Origin: Callorhinchus milii
Lineage: Eukaryota
Assembly (NCBI RefSeq): GCF_018977255.1
Contig: NW_024704766.1
Location: 62,001 to 126,000, forward strand
DNA: 64,000 bases
Reading direction: 5' to 3'
Every line of letters begins with the position of its first letter. The stretch's first letter is position 1. Of the stretch, positions 61,101 to 64,000 are shown piece by piece. A program made the translations under genes and the position numbers. The notes under the pieces were generated by a model. The model did not search any database and was not told the origin of the DNA. It was given only the letters and a program-made list of their open reading frames with translations.

Positions 61101-63673
61101 ATGTCCCAAGGCGCTGGACAGTCAGAGTTCTGGACCCAAGCTGGGGGTCGGGTTCGGGGAGGGTGGTGGGCAGGAGGGGAAGCAGGGTGATCGAAAGCAC
61201 AGTCAAAGAGGAGGATCTTGAGATGGGTCTTGAAGGAGGCACGTGAGTTTTTTTTGAATGGCTCCACTGGCTCCCCATTCCCCCAGAGGATCGGGTTTAA
61301 AATCCTCGTCTTCAGATTAAAATCCCTCCACGGCTGGGCTCCTCCCTCGCTCAGTGACCAACCAACACTGTTACCAACCTGTCCTCTCCGCTCCCTTTGC
61401 TTGGCAGGCACTGCCCTGCGCCATGTTCCCTGTCCTGCCTGCCCCACCATTGGTGATCGGGCCTTCGGCTTTTCTGTGTAATTTTCTGAGGTTTTCTTTT
61501 TTGTGTAACTGGCCACAGAACAGGAAATTGGAAATGTTCCTCTGGTGCAGTCGGAGGAGTTCTGACTTGGAGACCGAAGGACATTGTTAGAGGAGAAGGG
61601 AATTTTATTCTGATCTAATTAGGTTGTACTTGACCTGGTTCAAAAGTAATTTAAATAATCACTCACCGCTCCCACTATGTCTCAACAATTGCACAATTTA
61701 AGTAGAAAATAAAATGGCAGTTGGTGGTGATGTCAGGGGAAATAGCACAGTAGTAGGACTTGCTCATGATTTACATGTTCCAGTTGTCTTTGACTAATTG
61801 TCTGTGCAGTTGTGCAACTTTGGAAATGTGAATACTTTTTCTAATAACTTGCTGAACCTTTCTCGCTCCCACCCCTTCAAGGTATGTATACGTCTTTAAT
61901 TGTCCAAATGGCCCTGGGCTAGACTGTCCTTTGTTTATCGACAACAAGGGAGCGTACTTCCGGCGGGAAGGTTTGGGAGGCAACTATGTTGGAGGAATTT
62001 CTCCTACAGAGGTGAGCAGTGCCAGATCTCAGATTCTCCTGTGTCTAAAGGAATAACTTAGATTTTTACAGCACCTAATTACATCTAAATATCTTAAAGT
62101 GCTTAATAGGTAATTGCAGTCAAATCTAGTGTTTTGACGGCAGACATTTATATCAGCAAGGTCCTGATATAATGGCCATGAGCTGAATGACCAATTATTG
62201 TTTCATTGTTGAGTATACTGGAGAAACTCCATCCAACTTTGAAATAGTTCATGGCATCTTTACCGGGCACATCTCACCAGACGACAGAGGAATACACAAA
62301 GGCAGTATTTACTAGCAAGAAAGTTGGGACTTGATCTGATAGTCTAGGCTGACGCTCCAGTGCAGTAATGGGAGAACATTGTGAAAGCGTTGTTTTCTGT
62401 TGTTGACAATTTTTTCACCCACAAAATATACAGTCAATTCACTTTACAGTATATCCTGAGATAAGCTTTGAGACACTGTATCAAAGGCAAGGATTATTGT
62501 TATTATCATTATCATAAAGCTCTTTGAAATACTTCAATAGAATAAAGTTCTATAAAAATCCTTTATCATATAGGATTAGTATTATCTCTCCACATGCACA
62601 ACGCAAAAGAGTAGCCTGCATGTTGGCTGTTACTTTGTCAGTGAAAATGATAAATCATTCCTGTTTCCTGCTACTTCAGGAGGATGAGCCAGATCCCAGT
62701 GATCTAGAGGTGGATTATGACTTCTTCCAGGAGAAGGTGTGGCCCCATCTGGCTCACCGAGTGCCTGCTTTTCAGACCTTGAAGGTGAGTTATTCATAAG
62801 TGGTTTGAAGAGCTCAATGCTGTTATTCGGGTTTCAATCGAGCAAACCGATGGGTGCATGAAACTTTCATATCCTATCCATTTTAACTGAAAAACATCCA
62901 GAGGTCATTGGGGAGAATTATGTTCAAACATATGGAAGTTTAAATTATAATAATAATCCTTGCATATAATACAGCGGTTTATCACGTCTTCGAGACGTCT
63001 AAAAGCGCTTCACACAATATAAAGTGAATTGACTATATTTTGTGGCCGAACAATAACGTTTTCCTACCCAGCCTCTCACTGTCCAGCACCTTGGGACGTC
63101 GACCGGACGTGAAAGGCGCTATACAAATGTAATTTTGTATTACACCTATAGGAGTATAGTTAGTGGTGGACAAGAACAACCTCGGAATCATTCTGGCCTC
63201 CGTAAGATATTGCATTGCTGGTTCTGTGTTTGAATAGAACCCGAGCTATACACTCAGTCATCAGGAGCAGGGACATCAGCTGCATCTCGTTTGTGGATTG
63301 CTATGAGGGCAGCCTACATCCTTATACCAGCTTGTTGCCCTGCCAAGATTTGGTATAAATTATTCTACCCATCGCCTCGACCGAGACTACCACAGCTCTA
63401 ACCATATTTTGCCTTTAGGTGAAGAGCGCCTGGGCTGGTTACTATGATTACAATACCTTTGACCAGAACGCAATCATTGGGGTTCACCCACTGGTCCCCA
63501 ACTTCTACTTTGCCACTGGGTTCAGTGGGCATGGGCTGCAGCAATCACCAGCTGTGGGAAGGGCCATCGCCGAGCTCATTGTGGATGGAAAGTTTCAGAC
63601 CCTTGACCTCAGCGCATTTGACTTCCTCCGATTCTACACAGACACCAAAGTGCTGGAGAAGAATATTGTGTGA
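55191..63673 (+). CDS. FOXRED1: FAD-dependent oxidoreductase domain-containing protein 1 (complex I assembly factor), 11 exons, about 497 aa
   Basis: Exons 55191-55308, 56639-56859, 57420-57530, 58151-58269, 58720-58814, 59554-59655, 60349-60425, 60856-61016, 61882-62011, 62680-62784, 63419-63673. Total 1494 nt, phases consistent. Arg-rich transit-like N-terminus, [14 protein letters not shown] motif, [38 protein letters not shown]. Confidence 0.96.
55330..55586. repeat. G-rich (GTGAGC-Gn) tandem array at the start of FOXRED1 intron 1
   Basis: Directly visible. Confidence 0.92.
58880..59270 (-). mobile_element. CR1 RT internal fragment
   Basis: [18 protein letters not shown]...[16 protein letters not shown]. 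Confidence 0.85.
61050..61480. mobile_element. Two oppositely oriented L2 fragments
   Basis: Minus L2 tail at 61050-61242, then plus [13 protein letters not shown]...GDRAF at 61260-61480. Confidence 0.7.
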
Positions 63674-64000
63674 GTTGGATTTTGCACATTTCTGATGTCG
63701 CAGAGAAATGCAGCTCCTCAGGATCTGCCATTCATTTTGGGTTAATTCCATTAGAAGGTGACATTGAGGTTACCTGAGGCAAGACTCTTTAATGTATTGA
63801 ATCTGTCTTCTGTAGTTTAGCTTCCACAAGCTGGAACAATTCAGCTTGGCAGAAAGTGTGATGTCATCACATGGGCAGCCAACGATTCAAGAATGTGCGG
63901 GATCTTTCAAAGCTATTTTACTGTTACCCATGGTATAAATAGCCTAGTGGATCCAAAGGAATACTGGGATTCAAACCTATCCCAAAGATAGTTTAAAGTT

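Noticed and set aside
56860-61881. FOXRED1 appearing to lack middle exons in the ORF track
   Set aside because: Exons 3-9 were all found manually with correct phases; they are too short or in other frames for the track.

Overview
Vertebrate nuclear DNA, most likely from a cartilaginous fish; the compact introns and tRNA-Ala/Deu-domain SINEs would fit a holocephalan (inference). Four intact multi-exon genes were rebuilt by hand with GT-AG sites and consistent phases: ILVBL/HACL2 (-, 15 coding exons, about 632 aa), FAM118B (+, SIR2-like, 7 coding exons, about 357 aa), SRPRA (-, 14 exons, about 641 aa) and FOXRED1 (+, 11 exons, about 497 aa). ILVBL/FAM118B and SRPRA/FOXRED1 are head-to-head; FAM118B/SRPRA are tail-to-tail. 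The first 9 kb has no recognisable host gene. It holds a nested hAT>CR1>L2 cluster and a 3.25-kb minisatellite built from promoter-type motifs. Introns contain CR1 and L2 fragments, two Deu-SINE families, a solo LTR with TSD, MITE-like inverted repeats, an unclassified repeat family and a Penelope-type fragment with a minimal hammerhead core. The most notable observations are a local inverted duplication bracketing SRPRA exons 7-8, the GC-box/ETS/PBX-PREP minisatellite at an orphan promoter-like site, the sense hammerhead in SRPRA intron 4 and a back-to-back poly(A) signal pair between FAM118B and SRPRA. No new protein-coding system is demonstrable. Gene identities rest on recalled orthologue sequences, not database searches.
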